Shown: in pieces, positions 1 through 693 of the stretch
How the letters are laid out: the number at the start of each line of letters is the position of its first letter
Position numbering within the stretch: position 1 is the stretch's first letter
Origin: Escherichia coli
GTDB lineage: Bacteria; Pseudomonadota; Gammaproteobacteria; Enterobacterales; Enterobacteriaceae
Assembly (NCBI RefSeq): GCF_003334405.1
Contig: NZ_QOWM01000056.1
Direction: 5' to 3' (one strand)
Length of the DNA stretch: 693 nt
Translations under genes and position numbers: made by a program
The notes under the pieces: generated by a model
What the model was told of the DNA's origin: nothing
Seen by the model: only the letters and a program-made list of their open reading frames with translations
Databases searched by the model: none

Positions 1-673
1 GGGTCTATACCCTGCAACTTAACGCCCAGTTAAGACTCGGTTTCCCTTCGGCTCCCCTATTCGGTTAACCTTGCTACAGAATATAAGTCGCTGACCCATT
101 ATACAAAAGGTACGCAGTCACACGCCTAAGCGTGCTCCCACTGCTTGTACGTACACGGTTTCAGGTTCTTTTTCACTCCCCTCGCCGGGGTTCTTTTCGC
201 CTTTCCCTCACGGTACTGGTTCACTATCGGTCAGTCAGGAGTATTTAGCCTTGGAGGATGGTCCCCCCATATTCAGACAGGATACCACGTGTCCCGCCCT
301 ACTCATCGAGCTCACAGCATGTGCATTTTTGTGTACGGGGCTGTCACCCTGTATCGCGCGCCTTTCCAGACGCTTCCACTAACACACACACTGATTCAGG
401 CTCTGGGCTGCTCCCCGTTCGCTCGCCGCTACTGGGGGAATCTCGGTTGATTTCTTTTCCTCGGGGTACTTAGATGTTTCAGTTCCCCCGGTTCGCCTCA
501 TTAACCTATGGATTCAGTTAATGATAGTGTGTCGAAACACACTGGGTTTCCCCATTCGGAAATCGCCGGTTATAACGGTTCATATCACCTTACCGACGCT
601 TATCGCAGATTAGCACGTCCTTCATCGCCTCTGACTGCCAGGGCATCCACCGTGTACGCTTAGTCGCTTAACC
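1..673 (-). rRNA. rrl: 23S (LSU) ribosomal RNA, 5' portion (domain I and start of domain II); partial, gene continues past window position 1
   Basis: Reverse complement of 637-673 reads GGTTAAGCGACTAAGCGTACACGGTGGATGCCCTGGC, the canonical mature 5' end of enterobacterial 23S rRNA. Further universally conserved 23S blocks follow in the correct order on the minus strand: CTGAAACATCTAAGTA (rc of 467-482), CCCCAGTAGCGGCGAGCGAACGGGGAGCAGCCC (rc of ~406-438), ACCGATAGTGAACCAGTACCGTGAGGGAAAGGCGAAAAGAACCCCGGCGAGGGGAGTGAAA (rc of ~173-231), and GGGTATAGACCC (rc of 1-12). Colinear over the whole window with no indels that I can detect by eye. Confidence 0.97.
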
Positions 674-693
674 TCACAACCCGAAGATGTTTC
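674..693 (-). other. pre-23S 5' leader / 16S-23S spacer segment directly upstream of the mature 23S 5' end (one strand of the presumed RNase III processing stem)
   Basis: Reverse complement of 674-693 is GAAACATCTTCGGGTTGTGA, immediately abutting the mature 5' end GGTTAAGCG. In enterobacterial rrn operons this flanking sequence pairs with sequence 3' of 23S to form the RNase III processing stem. The pairing partner lies outside the window, so the boundary and role are inferred from established knowledge rather than seen. Confidence 0.6.

Noticed and set aside
115-143. Possible intervening sequence (IVS) or insertion in helix 25 of 23S
   Set aside because: The region is the short E. coli-type hairpin with no extra sequence, so there is no IVS or insertion in this window.
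382-391. (AC)5 dinucleotide run (acacacacac)
   Set aside because: It is the reverse complement of the GUGUGUGUGU tract that is a normal part of enterobacterial 23S domain I sequence, not an independent microsatellite or phase-variation tract.
145-450. Plus-strand ORF of 101 aa (MYVHGFRFFFTPLAGVLFAFPSRYWF...)
   Set aside because: It lies entirely within and antisense to the 23S rRNA gene. The translation is low-complexity and resembles no protein family I recognise. Such ORFs arise by chance in GC-balanced structured RNA genes and are a well-known source of spurious 'hypothetical protein' annotations.
258-473. Plus-strand ORF of 71 aa (MVPPYSDRIPRVPPYSSSSQHVHF...)
   Set aside because: Same reasoning: it is antisense inside 23S rRNA, overlaps the other artefactual ORF in a different frame, and has no recognisable ribosome-binding context or protein-like composition.
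1-693. Novel defence, mobile or accessory system suggested by the prompt
   Set aside because: The full window is explained by the conserved 23S rRNA gene and its leader. No unexplained sequence, repeats, integrase or transposase remnants, or CRISPR-like periodicity remain after accounting for the rRNA.

Overview
The whole window is ribosomal RNA operon sequence, not a novel system. Positions 1-673 are the reverse complement of the 5' ~673 nt of a 23S (large-subunit) rRNA gene, covering domain I and the start of domain II; the gene runs on the minus strand and continues beyond window position 1. Positions 674-693 are the first 20 nt of the pre-rRNA leader/spacer immediately upstream of the mature 23S 5' end. 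The sequence is of the Enterobacteriaceae (Escherichia/Shigella-like) type and reads as an intact, uninterrupted rrl with no insertions. The two plus-strand ORFs in the six-frame track lie entirely antisense inside the rRNA and are artefacts. I see no protein-coding gene, mobile element, CRISPR array or defence/accessory locus. All identifications are from recognition of conserved rRNA sequence by eye; no search or alignment was run.
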